This document shows, in pieces, positions 9,712-20,189 of a stretch of DNA of 64,000 nt. Position 1 is the first letter of the stretch, and every line of letters begins with the position of its first letter. The notes under the pieces were generated by a model that saw nothing but the letters and a program-made list of their open reading frames with translations, did not search any database and was not told the origin of the DNA. The stretch is from Thecamonas trahens ATCC 50062 (lineage: Eukaryota; Protista; Apusomonadida): the NCBI RefSeq assembly GCF_000142905.1, contig NW_013657672.1:328244-392243 (forward strand). Direction: 5' to 3'. Both the position numbers and the translations under genes were made by a program.

Positions 9712-12700
9712 TCATACCAGGCTGGTGAAGACGCGTGGCCGAACGACAAGTACCGCGGCAGCCACCGCCGCAGCGGCGGCTGCTCCCATGGCGACCGCTG
9801 CCGCCGCCGTCGACGAGCACCCGAGTACACTGGCGGTGACGCGCCCGAACCAGCGGGCCGCCCGTGCGACTGGCGACGCTGTGTTGGTCGGCATGGTGGC
9901 CACGATCTGGATCCGCGAGGTCAGAAGCCGCGCCGCAAAGGCGGCAAGTTCGTCGTTCGCCACCCCCTCGGACTCGGCATGCTTCCAAGACGAGTAAACG
10001 CTATCGATCTGGCCGAGCATGTCGTTCTTGGCCGAAATGGCCTCGACCCACAGCCGCGGTTGCTGCAGCGTGAGCCCGACGATGACTGAAAGGTGCGCAA
10101 TCGAGGAGCTCACCGCCGTCTCGGAAAACGTAAACAGGCCCTTCTCGTCATCGGCGCCCATGATGTACCCGAGCCGATATCGGTCAATGAGCCCGCGGCA
10201 CTGGTCGCTCAGCATCTCCAGCGCTGCGGTGTACGCCTCCATGCGAATGACGCCGTACGCCAACGATGGGTACTCAATGATCGTGGCGTTGTCCAGACTC
10301 TCTAGCTCCCACTGTGCGCCGACGAGGCCGTACCCGCGGAGGTCCGACTCAAACTGAGCGCACACCAGGTGTGTCCACACCGTGAGAAGCACCATGTCGC
10401 GTGCGTCAAACAGCTGGACAGGCATCAGGAGCGACATCGCTGCCCGTGGCGAGTCTCCGCCAAACTCGACCACTACTTCCTCACCCGGCGGAAGGTCCGG
10501 TGTAAGTCTGAGCGAGTTGCTCCCGTCTTGGACCAGGAGGCCAAGGGCCTCGGCGTCGGCCACTGCCGCGTCAAGCGACGCACACCTGTTCTCGATCGAG
10601 GCCAGATACTGAGCTCCGATGGCATGGAATGCATCGTCGTCAATAGCTCCCACCGCTGAGACAGTCACGCTCGAAGGTGTACCAAACGCCAGCCGCCGCA
10701 GGGCCTCACCAGCCGCCACGTCAGCGGCCGAGACCGTCGACGTCTCGTCAAAGGGGATCAGACCAAAGAGATGAGCTACGGCCGTTCCGAGCAGGCCGCG
10801 CTTGGGGAGCGATGTGGTACGGCCGTGCGAGAGCGCGTTTCGCGCCTTGGTCACCTGCCGCTTGACAGCCTTGTCGTGGATCCGTCCTGTCAGGTCTTTT
10901 CCCTGTCGCTTGAGCCATGAGCCGTCGAGCTCGTCCGGCGTCTCGGGTGGCACCGTTTCGGTCATCAGCAACCGGAGCATGACAACAAACCGCTGCAGGA
11001 GCGCATGCGGGATAGAGATGCCGATAAGCACGTCTGTATTGCTCAGCTCGACCGAAATCTCCGACACACCAAGCATCGACCGCTTGGTGTGGAGCTGCGA
11101 GAGGCCAGGCCAGCGCTCGGTGAGGAGCAGCTCCAGCCCCCGACACGCATCCTTGCACGCCTGCACGTTGGGCGCCGAGCCTGTGTCGTGCGCGACAAGG
11201 CTTCCGCGGATCATAAGCGCAACCTCGTGGCTCATCGACGGCAGCGCCATGCACACCACAGTCATGCCGTTGGCGTACGTCCGTGAGTTGGCAGCGTAGC
11301 CCATGAGCTGAGACGCCGGCGACGAGGTCGCCACCACTGCCGACGGCGGAGCCAGCTGGCCAGCTGCGTCGGCAAAGGTATCCTCGCCGCTGGACCGAGC
11401 GGCTTCGGAGATCCAGGCTGGTGCAGTGTGATTGGCCTCAAGCGCGTCGTCCACGATTTTCGAGTACTTGGCCATCGAGGCCGCGAGTGCAGCCTGAAGG
11501 ACACCTAGGTTGTCGGCGACTCGGAACAGAGTGGTTGCCTCGTCACGCGACGACGAGAAAGCGATGTGGAGCGATATCTGCGACGGCGCCACGCTCAGCG
11601 CGGCCTTGACAATGCTGTTGAGACTCTCCAGGTCTGGACAGTCGGCCGCGGTGGCGTCGAGGCCAACCGCGGGTGTGTAGTCTTGCTCAGCAGTGAGGCC
11701 GATGACCCAGTCCTGGGTGAGATCGGCGACAGCATGCTGGAGACCAGTCATGGTCATGTCGTGGTACGAAATGACCGAGACAGCCATGCTCCGCTCAAGA
11801 TCGAGCATACCGTCGCGGGCAAGGACGCTCACCACACCGATGAGCGAGTGGAGAACAGGTGGAATGCTGCCGTCTGCAACAGTGACCGTAATGATGGCCA
11901 AATCAAGGCCCGGTGCGCACCGGAGCTCGACGCCGGTGGAGAGCAGAGCGGCGCCATGGGCCATGGCCAGGCGCAGACCGACGGCCTGCTCGAGACAGCT
12001 CCGCAGTGCGGCGCGGCGCGGGGCAGACATGCGTGGCAGCGACGTGAGACGAACAATGAGCTCGACCGAGTCGTTGGGACCAGACATGACAATGACACGC
12101 GGGCGGTCGCCGAGCTGCGCGATGTGGTCTTCAAGGCTGTGCCACGAGGCCTGGTGACGGGCGGCGGGGGCAATGCTGTTGGAAGCGACGGCGGCACGGG
12201 CGGCGTCAATGCGCTCGACTGCGGGCGCAATCGAGGTTGTACAACGAGCCTTGTGCTTGGCCCAGTGACGATTCTGGCATGCCGACGAGCAGTACGTCGG
12301 CCCGCGGCATGACGAGCACCTGCGGCCGTGCTTGCCGCAGAGCACACAGGCGCGGTCATCGGAGGGGCCAAACCAAGCCGAGGCCAGCGAGATGACCCGC
12401 TCGGGCTCGACATCACCGACGACGACGAGTGCCATGTTGCTTGGCGTGTACCACTTGGCGTAGAAGGCGTCGGCAGCTGCGATGACCTCGTCGGGGTTGG
12501 CACTGATGGCGTCGCCAAGTTCGGCCAGCCGGGTCTCCCCTAGCGACTCGCTTCCCGAGTCGCGGAGGCCAACAGCGGTGAGCTCGTGCCTGCCCTCAGC
12601 CGACGATCCATTGGCGAGTGTGTAGTACGCATCGTGGAGATGGTCGACGGTGTACGCGGGGTGGCGGACAAGGTTGGCGAGGAGGGCAATGGCCTTGTCG

Positions 12701-12984
12701 ACGGCGGCAAAGGGGACAATTACGTCGAGATGAACGGTGGCATAGGCGAGAGCGCCGACATTGAGTGAAGTTGACCAGGCCGCCATCAGCGAGTCCACAT
12801 CGCCCGGTCCGTATAGTGTCGATGCCTGGACCAGCAGATGTGGGACGAGGGCCGAGAGAAAGGGTACCTCGGGCGGCTCGGCCCCAGCACCCCCGCCCAC
12901 CACCAGCCGCAGCAGCGCCTCGCCTGCAAGCGTGCCTGACGAGGCCACAATGACCTCGGTCCCGGATGCAAGAAGCTTGTGCAT
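9712..12984 (-). CDS. Degenerate M16 (pitrilysin-like) peptidase-fold protein with inserted MYND zinc finger
   Basis: M16 motif FYAKWYTPSNMALVVVGDVEPERV; second-half TYANGMTVV and PSSVTVSAVGAID. MYND finger CVLC-CSSC-YCSSACQNRHWAKHKARC. No HxxEH visible. Confidence 0.7.
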   Translation of the reverse strand: MHKLLASGTEVIVASSGTLAGEALLRLVVGGGAGAEPPEVPFLSALVPHLLVQASTLYGPGDVDSLMAAWSTSLNVGALAYATVHLDVIVPFAAVDKAIALLANLVRHPAYTVDHLHDAYYTLANGSSAEGRHELTAVGLRDSGSESLGETRLAELGDAISANPDEVIAAADAFYAKWYTPSNMALVVVGDVEPERVISLASAWFGPSDDRACVLCGKHGRRCSSCRGPTYCSSACQNRHWAKHKARCTTSIAPAVERIDAARAAVASNSIAPAARHQASWHSLEDHIAQLGDRPRVIVMSGPNDSVELIVRLTSLPRMSAPRRAALRSCLEQAVGLRLAMAHGAALLSTGVELRCAPGLDLAIITVTVADGSIPPVLHSLIGVVSVLARDGMLDLERSMAVSVISYHDMTMTGLQHAVADLTQDWVIGLTAEQDYTPAVGLDATAADCPDLESLNSIVKAALSVAPSQISLHIAFSSSRDEATTLFRVADNLGVLQAALAASMAKYSKIVDDALEANHTAPAWISEAARSSGEDTFADAAGQLAPPSAVVATSSPASQLMGYAANSRTYANGMTVVCMALPSMSHEVALMIRGSLVAHDTGSAPNVQACKDACRGLELLLTERWPGLSQLHTKRSMLGVSEISVELSNTDVLIGISIPHALLQRFVVMLRLLMTETVPPETPDELDGSWLKRQGKDLTGRIHDKAVKRQVTKARNALSHGRTTSLPKRGLLGTAVAHLFGLIPFDETSTVSAADVAAGEALRRLAFGTPSSVTVSAVGAIDDDAFHAIGAQYLASIENRCASLDAAVADAEALGLLVQDGSNSLRLTPDLPPGEEVVVEFGGDSPRAAMSLLMPVQLFDARDMVLLTVWTHLVCAQFESDLRGYGLVGAQWELESLDNATIIEYPSLAYGVIRMEAYTAALEMLSDQCRGLIDRYRLGYIMGADDEKGLFTFSETAVSSSIAHLSVIVGLTLQQPRLWVEAISAKNDMLGQIDSVYSSWKHAESEGVANDELAAFAARLLTSRIQIVATMPTNTASPVARAARWFGRVTASVLGCSSTAAAAVAMGAAAAAAVAAAVLVVRPRVFTSLV

Positions 12985-13227
12985 CGAGGGTGCGAGGAGA
13001 GTGTGTGTGTGGGGAGCGGGTTGGGAGGACAGGGGGGGGGGGGGGGGGGGAGTGGGCGGGACTCGGGTGAGACGGACATGGAGGCGACGTGGGGGGCGAG
13101 GGCAGGGCGGGCGATGATCGGGAAAATGCAGTGATGGTTTAAGGGTAGCATAACGTGGTGTTCAGCATGTGGAAGCTGCTTGCCGAGGGCTAGGCAGGGG
13201 GGGGGGGGGGTAAAACGCCCATCGCCG

Positions 13228-14593
13228 TCACGACGATGGCTTGATCTGCTCGAGGAGGGTGCGGGCCGGAGAGACAACCTTATCGGCGGTGTCGGGGCCC
13301 CAGAAGGCGAGCTGGTTCTCGTAGAGGCCGTTGATGTGGTCGTAGGTGCGGGAGGAAGGGAAGTAGCCACCGTGGGCCTCCGAGTAGCCCCAGATCATGG
13401 CGTCAGTGTAGCCCATGGCCTTCATGTCGGCGCGGAGAGCGTCGCCGGGAGTGGTGAGGAGCTCACCGGGGATGGTGACGGCACCGATGTGCTTGTCGCC
13501 GATGTCGAATCGGGCAGCAACGTACCACGGGTTCTCGTCGAGCCACTCCTCGTCGAGGTGGAGGTTCGCGTCACAGTCGAGGATCTCGCAGAAGGAGCAG
13601 ATGTCAAGAGGGCCGCCGCGGGTGCAGTTGGCCATGCGGGCGAGGGTGAGGTTCATATCGGTCTTGCCAAGCGGGTTCTGCACAAAGGCGGTGGTGATGG
13701 TGACGTCCGCAGTGGGTGAGAGGGCGGCGCGGCGGGCAACGACGCGATCGGCCATGAGCTTCCCACCCACAAAGTTGGACTCGGACTCGGAGCCGCCGTT
13801 GCACATGCCCGGCGCCGGGTCGACGTCGCCAGCGTCGGCGTTGACGAACAGAGCCACGCCGCCGACGGCGGCCTCGATGGCGCGGCAGCCTGCGCCGGCC
13901 AGGTCGGACGAGAGCTTCATGTTGGACGGCCCGTAGCAGACCGAGTGGAAGGCGAAGTTCCAGACCGTGGCCATGACCGAGCCGTCGGCCTTGTTCACAG
14001 CGATGACGCCCATGTTCGGGTCGATGTGGTCCCGCGCGAGCCACGGCACATCCTTGGCGCAACGGTTGACCGTCAGGTTGTACACCATCTCGATGCCGAT
14101 GTCCATGACTGCCGGCTCCATGGCGGCGTGCGCCTCCATGATGGTGGCTGCAATGTTGGTGGCAAGCTCCTGCTGGAGCTCGTAGACAAGGAGATCCGTC
14201 GCCGGCGCAAGCGCCCACAGCATCCGCGGCGAGATGGCGCCCGGCCCCGAGTGAGTGTGCGACGAGGCAAAGACAATGTTCTCGATGGTAAGCGTCGAGC
14301 CGGCCTCGCGGATTTTCTCGATCACGATCCCATTGAGCGTCTCGTCAGATCCGATGCCATCAAGGGTGACAAAGGCAAGCTGGGTGCCCTTGCCGTCGTC
14401 TAGAATGAGCACCTTGCACCACGTGGGGTCGATGATGCCCACAGACGGCATCATGAACGTCGTGTACTTGCGCTTTTGCGGCAGCGGCCACTTGGGCACC
14501 CGCCGGTCGCCGTGGTTGTATCCAGCGAGCGGAATCCCGATCGGCAGCGAGACTATAAACCGAGCCGTGACATGCGTGCGTGCGTACGTTGGT

Positions 14594-14628
<35 letters not shown>

Positions 14629-14916
14629 CGTGTGTTGTGAGAGCGTGTTGCGGTGCGCAAAAAAAAAAGCAGCGCACATGCACGCGGCAGCTTCAACCTG
14701 CCGCCGTCCGCCTCTCCTCCCTCCCCCCCCTCCCCCTCCCCCTCCCCTCCTCCCTCCTCACGGCCGCCCCAACTCGGAACACGTACCATCCTTCTTGGCA
14801 GCACCAGCCATGAGAGTACCAATGGCAGCAAGGGTGGGCTTGGGAGTGTGGGCTGCAAAGGCAGCGGCCAGGAGGCCCGCCATGGCCAGGGAGAGTGCGA
14901 CGAGAGCAAGACGCAT
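13228..14916 (-). CDS. Secreted neutral/alkaline ceramidase family protein, 2 exons
   Basis: Exon 1 14916-14787 with signal peptide MRLALVALSLAMAGLLAAAFA. Intron 14786-14553 (GTACGT...TATAG). Spliced AGAAKKDVSLPIGIPLAGY; motifs SSHTHSGPG, NFAFHSVC, NADAGDVDP, TIPGELLT. Confidence 0.85.
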
Positions 14917-15038
14917 GTCGCAAGTTTGTCGGTGAGACAGGTGGCTCTCGGGCCAATCCAAGGTGGTCATGTACTGTGCTGTTCACTTTGAGGCGGGCGA
15001 CAACGCGCCCGAGCAATCGCACGTACCGTCAAGGGGTA

Positions 15039-17198
15039 TTAGACCAGAAAGTGCGGGAGATGCAGGAGGAGGGCGCGATCTGCATCTTCGGACCAGCGGT
15101 TGTACGAGGCGACGTCAATGTCGAGGACGAGGACAAGGGTCTTAAAGTGGGCTTGGATGACGGCCAGGCCCTGCTCGGCGGACTTGGTGCGGCGGGCGGC
15201 GAGCGGCTCGCGGAAGTGGTCGACGATCTCGGTGAGGTTAAAGACCAGCGAGCTGTCGAGGCCGCGGATGGCGCCTGCGACGCGCTTGCCGGCAACGCCT
15301 GCGGCTGTGTGTTGGAGGAGTGCTGGAAGCGCGGCGATGGTGGGCGCTGCCGTGTCCGCCAGGAGTAGAAAAACCTCGTCGTAGACGGCAGACGACGGCA
15401 GAAAGTCGGCACCGTGCTGTATGATCATATTGAGGATGAGCATGGCATTGCCAACAGCGAGCCCAAGCGGCCCGCCCTGGGCCACACTCAGCTCGGCGGC
15501 TGCACCGGCCAACGACGCCAGCATCTCCAGCAGCAGCGTGACCATGCCGGGCCACGCCACGTCGAGCCGTGCCTTGGCCCGACGCATGAGGTACAGGACG
15601 CGGTGGACGCAGCCGAGACAGCGGCCGACAAGATCGAGCGGCCAGTGCATGACGGGCAGCTGGCGGGCGAAGGCCAAATGCTGCGCAGCGGACTCGAGGG
15701 TGGCGCCGAGGATGTGTATGGCTAGCGGCGCCCTCGCACGAGCGTCGCCCAGGACTAGGCCGTGCGACTTGTCAACCAGGATGCGGCCGAGCTGCCGCGA
15801 CTCGAGGAGGACCTGGACGCCGACAAGAACCATCGACTGGCAGGCGACAATGCCGTCGTTGGCCTGCGGGAGCTGCAAAACCTTGCGCGCGTAGACCACA
15901 AAGGCGGCGGCCATGTCGAGGCGATCAAAGCCGAGTCCGACCCGAGTTTGCGGTGCGACCGGAGCACTGCGCATCGCGCCAGCTTTCCATGTCGGAAGCC
16001 AGGCTTTCCAGCCCCTTGCAGGCGGCGGCGGCGCTGATGGCCCAGCACTGCCGTCAGAGGCGGCGATCGAGGAGACAGCTGCAGCGGCTGCGGCGACCGA
16101 CGCCGCAAGCTCCTCCTCAAGCAGGACGCCGACGTTGCGGTTGGCGGTGAGGAGGGCGACAAGGAGAAAGGCCGGCGGGAGAAGAAGTCGCGGTGTCGAG
16201 GCCGCAGCAAGAAGCGCCGCGAGCGACGGGAGGCTCTCGGCCTCGGCGGCCGAGAGCACCCGTGTCGAGCCACCCGCGTGCAGCCGCGGTCTTGCATGCG
16301 GTTTGGAGAGCCTCGCCAGCGAGAGGACTGAGGCACCGACGGCCGAGATGCGAGAGGTGAGCGAGGGCCGCGGTGGGCCGGCCGTGGGCGGCAGGGTCGC
16401 CGGCGCGTCGACTAGCGCCTTGCCCAGCTTGCTCAGTGCAATCTTGACGCGGGCACGGACGAGGTCGAGGAGCGGGGTGAGTGACGATTCGCGATCGAGG
16501 GTAGCCAGTTGGGTTCGAAGCGCAGACTCGCGTTCGTCACGCATGTGAGAGAGCAGAAGCGTGAGCAGAGTGGCGACCGGCGCGCCGGCCTTGACACGCA
16601 GCACCGGATCGGCAAGCGCCACCAGCAGCGGACCGAGCACATCTTCCAGCTGAAAGTACTCGAGCAGTGTGTTCTGATCCAAGAGCGGTGAGGCAGTAGC
16701 CAGCGTCAGCGCGAGCTCAACTGCGGCGGCGAGAACCTTGGTTGGCGGGCGCGGCGAGGCCGCCGCCAGCAGCCGGGCAACATCTTGCAGGAGGCCGACA
16801 AACAGCGAGTCAACAGCTTCAAACGGCGCCAGCCGCGAGAGAAGCTCATAGCCGATGAACACGTTGCGTGATCCACGGGCCTCGGCCTCGGCAGTGATGA
16901 CGGCGTTGACAACCGCGCTGAGGGTAGCGAGCGCGTTGGCGGCACGCGTAGCCACCGGCTTCTCCGCCGGCGCTTCGATCGCCGCCGCCGCGTGGAACAC
17001 TGCCGCCGCCACCAGAGCATGCAGTGGAAAGTCCGGCTTGGCAACAGCGGCGGCCAAGACGTCGACATCCACCTTGAGCATCAGCAGCGTCGGCCATGGC
17101 GGCGAGTCGGGCGGCGGCGGTGGGGCACCGGCCTCACCCTTGGTCAACCCAAGCAGCAGGGCACGGTACTTGCTTGCTCCTCGGCGTCCAGAAGCCAT
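15039..17198 (-). CDS. ARMH3: Armadillo-like helical domain protein 3 (C10orf76/DUF1741) homolog
   Basis: ATG 17198 (MASGRRGASKY). QNTLLEYF; C-terminal ILNMIIQHGADFLPSSAVYDEVF and VIQAHFKTLVL...YNRWSE resemble DUF1741. Confidence 0.75.
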   Translation of the reverse strand: MASGRRGASKYRALLLGLTKGEAGAPPPPPDSPPWPTLLMLKVDVDVLAAAVAKPDFPLHALVAAAVFHAAAAIEAPAEKPVATRAANALATLSAVVNAVITAEAEARGSRNVFIGYELLSRLAPFEAVDSLFVGLLQDVARLLAAASPRPPTKVLAAAVELALTLATASPLLDQNTLLEYFQLEDVLGPLLVALADPVLRVKAGAPVATLLTLLLSHMRDERESALRTQLATLDRESSLTPLLDLVRARVKIALSKLGKALVDAPATLPPTAGPPRPSLTSRISAVGASVLSLARLSKPHARPRLHAGGSTRVLSAAEAESLPSLAALLAAASTPRLLLPPAFLLVALLTANRNVGVLLEEELAASVAAAAAAVSSIAASDGSAGPSAPPPPARGWKAWLPTWKAGAMRSAPVAPQTRVGLGFDRLDMAAAFVVYARKVLQLPQANDGIVACQSMVLVGVQVLLESRQLGRILVDKSHGLVLGDARARAPLAIHILGATLESAAQHLAFARQLPVMHWPLDLVGRCLGCVHRVLYLMRRAKARLDVAWPGMVTLLLEMLASLAGAAAELSVAQGGPLGLAVGNAMLILNMIIQHGADFLPSSAVYDEVFLLLADTAAPTIAALPALLQHTAAGVAGKRVAGAIRGLDSSLVFNLTEIVDHFREPLAARRTKSAEQGLAVIQAHFKTLVLVLDIDVASYNRWSEDADRALLLHLPHFLV

Positions 17199-17439
17199 GA
17201 GATGAGAGAAAAAGAGGGAATGTGGTGTGTATGTATGTGTGTGTGTGTGTGTGTCTCTCTCTCTCTGTGTGTGCGTGTGTGTGGAGGCGGGAATGGGCTT
17301 GGTGTCTGACGAGTGACGGGTGACGACCGCCAGAAGGGGGAGGGGGGGAGGGGGGGGAAGGGGAACCGGGATGGAGAGAGTGGTCGCCACCGCCACCGCC
17401 ACCGCCACTGGCAGCGCACACGTCTCGCAGACACATACC

Positions 17440-18425
17440 ATGGGCTGCAACGGGTCGAAGAACAGGGGTACGAACTGCTTAAGATGACTACCACTTGTGC
17501 CATCCCCTTCCCCACCTCATCCTCTGTATCCTCACTCACTCCCTCCCTCCCTCCCCCCCCTCCTCTCCTCCTCCCCTCCCCCTTCCCCTGTCCCTCCCCC
17601 CTCCTCGCCACCTACAGACATCCAGGAGTCACGGACACGGGTCGAGTCGACCAACACCTCCACACAGGCACGCCCCGCAGGTGCACAGGGCGCATCGTCA
17701 CAGCCTATTGCCAAGTATGTTCTCCCTCCCCCCACCCTCCCCCTCGTTCACCCATGCCCCCCCCCCCTCCCCTCCCTCCCCCCCCCCCCCCCTCCCTCCC
17801 CCTCCTGCCTGGGCTGCGAGTCACATGCGGGTGACTCGCACCATCAGCCACAAGCCACCATCGTCACCGAGGCTCAAGCCAGGACATGTCTACTCCCCAG
17901 GACCAAGATGCCGAGGCTGAGACTGTTGCTGTTGTTGCCCATAGTGCTGCTGCTGCCACCTTTTCCTCAGCTACCCCACGCCCACACTCACCCCTCCCTC
18001 CCCTCAGCCGCCACGATGCGGTGCTGCCGGACGACCAGATGGGCCGCTCGCCGCATGACATGCGGTTTGCTGAGCGCGAGTTCTTCTCTCACGTTGTGGA
18101 GCAGACGGCGTCGTCGCTGATCGACATCTCGCAGACGCCCGAGTTTCTGTCAGCCGAAGACGCGCGGATGCGCGAGGCCGACTACGCATCGCTGCTGGCA
18201 ACGGTGCAACCGGCGCCGGCGCTGCAAGCACTGCTTGCACTTCCGGCCGAGTCGAACGCCAACGCCGACCCGGCAGCAGTGCTGCAGGAGACGACCGTGG
18301 CGCCGGCGCTTGCCGAGCTCGGGGCCGAGGCTGTCGACGCCGTTGCCGCTGCCGTCGCCGGCATGGCCGTCGAGCCGATGGGCGACATTGTGATGGCGCT
18401 GCCGGACATCCAGGTCAACGCGTAG
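17440..18425 (+). CDS. LAMTOR1: Ragulator scaffold LAMTOR1/p18 homolog, 3 exons
   Basis: Exons 17440-17467, 17618-17714 and 18008-18425, phases consistent. N-terminal MGC myristoylation/palmitoylation motif. HVVEQTASSLIDISQ resembles human SILAKTASNIIDVS. C-terminal MAVEPMGDIVMAL. Confidence 0.8.
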
Positions 18426-18516
18426 AGGGTAAACTGCCACTCAAGGAGGCATAAGTAGGCCATAAGTAGGACAGCCGTACATCAATAGCATTCAATGGAG
18501 ATCAGAGAGACCAGCC

Positions 18517-19732
18517 TTAGTCGGTGCGCTCGGAAATGGCAGAGAGGGTGGCGATGCGCAGGGACTCAAAGACCGAGGTTACCTGCTGGATCTCAGCATC
18601 ACGCTGCTTGTCCATGGCCTGAGCGAATGCTTGGAGCTCGTCGGCAGAGAACCCCTCCCAGTTCCTCGAGTTGTCCTTTCCGCTCTCGGCCTGGCCGAGG
18701 TAGGCGGCATCGTCCTGGACCTCGTTCTCCTCCATGTACTGCAGGAACGACGGCTTGGCGCCACCGGCGCTGGCGGCGGCGGTGCGGGCGGGCGCAAGCG
18801 ACGCGCCACGGATCATGGTGCCGGACTCATCGTCCGAGTCGTTGAGCACCATGGTGCCGGCGTTGTAAAAGTCGTCGTCGTCGTCGTCGGCTGCTCCCGC
18901 GCTTGACGGCGCCCCCCGCCAGGATTGATGACCATAGTCCCGGCGTCAAAGGAGTCATCATCGTCGTCCGAGTTGGCGACGATGATCATGGTGCCCGAGG
19001 CGTAGTCCTCGCCCGACGGGTCCCACGGTGCGGCTTTGGCCTTGCCGCCAGCGCCGGTGCTCGATGACAGCAGCGCCTTGTGCAGCTGTGCCGAGCCCTT
19101 CTTGACCTTGGCGCGCATGGCCTTGTTCTCCTCGACAGCCTTGAGGATCGAAACAATCCATGCCTTGCGGACCGAGGCCGAGTCTGCCGCCATGGGATAC
19201 GTCCTGTTCCGTGTATGGATCTCAAAGCCAAACTTCTTCCTCTTGTGCACGTCGGCGATCTGGACCTTCCGGATCTCTGCAATCTTGATCACGCCCTGAG
19301 GCTGGGTCGACTCCTTCACCGCCGCTGTCCGCCACCGCATCCCGCATCAGCATCCGCCCCCATGTGAGTCTCTCCCCCTTCCCCACCTTGGACCATGACC
19401 GCGCCAAGGACGGTCGCCAAAAAACGAACGGCCCACCTGCACGCCCCCACAGGGAGACGACGGGGAAGGGGGCTATGGCAGGGTAGAAGGGAAAGAGACA
19501 GTACCACCCACCAAGGAAGGGATATACATGCATGGGTATGGCGTCTCTGCTCGCTGTACGTACCCGACTTGAAGTACAGGAGGAAGGCCCGGTTGAGAAC
19601 CATCCACCGCTTCTTCCACGTCTTGATCCGGTTGCCCTGCTTGAGCAGCCAGCCCTGGCGGATAACCTCGTCCGTCTGCAGTTCCACATTCTTGAGCGCA
19701 GAGCCCAACTTCTTCTTTCTCCGGAAGGACAT
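18517..19732 (-). CDS. PH domain + Hippo/MST-type linker + SARAH-like domain protein with no kinase domain; 2 exons, apparent 1-nt frameshift
   Basis: Exon 1 19732-19564 (RQGWLLKQGNRIKTWKKRWMVL), intron 19563-19325. Exon 2 completes the PH domain (RTYPMAADSASVRKAWIVSI). Frame is restored by one extra G at 18912-18917. Then GTM repeats, AKPSFLQYME and a SARAH-like helix. Confidence 0.75.
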
Positions 19733-20189
19733 GCTGTCCCCACCGGCGCCTCGACAAGAAGCGTGTTGCCCTCGCTCTGCACGCGGTCGCTCTCGCGCCC
19801 GTTGCCCGCCCGCCCGCTCGCCCTCCGGCCAATAACCAACCAACCGATCGATCGACCTCGTCCTCCTTCGATTAACTCTCGTTCAGATATTCGTTCCTCC
19901 CTCTCCCCCCCTCCCTCCTCCCTTGCCGCCCACCCGACCGCAACTGTCCTCGATCCCGATACTCCCTCCACATGTCCATCCCCTCCCCCTCCTTCCCCCC
20001 TCTCCCCGTCCTTGATCAACGACATCGGCCACCCTGATGTCGACCAACCGTTGGCCATGGCAGCGCCGACGTGGCCAACTCGGCCGAGTGACTCGCTCGC
20101 CGAGGCGACGCTGCAGCGGCGGTGTCTAGACGGTGTCGAGGCCATAGGGCTACACTAGACTCTGTAGCTCCGGGAGAAGCAGAAGCAAC

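Noticed and set aside
14970-15075. Possible sixth frameshift or extra intron at the ARMH3 C-terminus (alternative frame CISRTFWSNTP; GTACGT at 15026)
   Set aside because: The ORF closes normally and homology here is too weak to choose among frames by eye.
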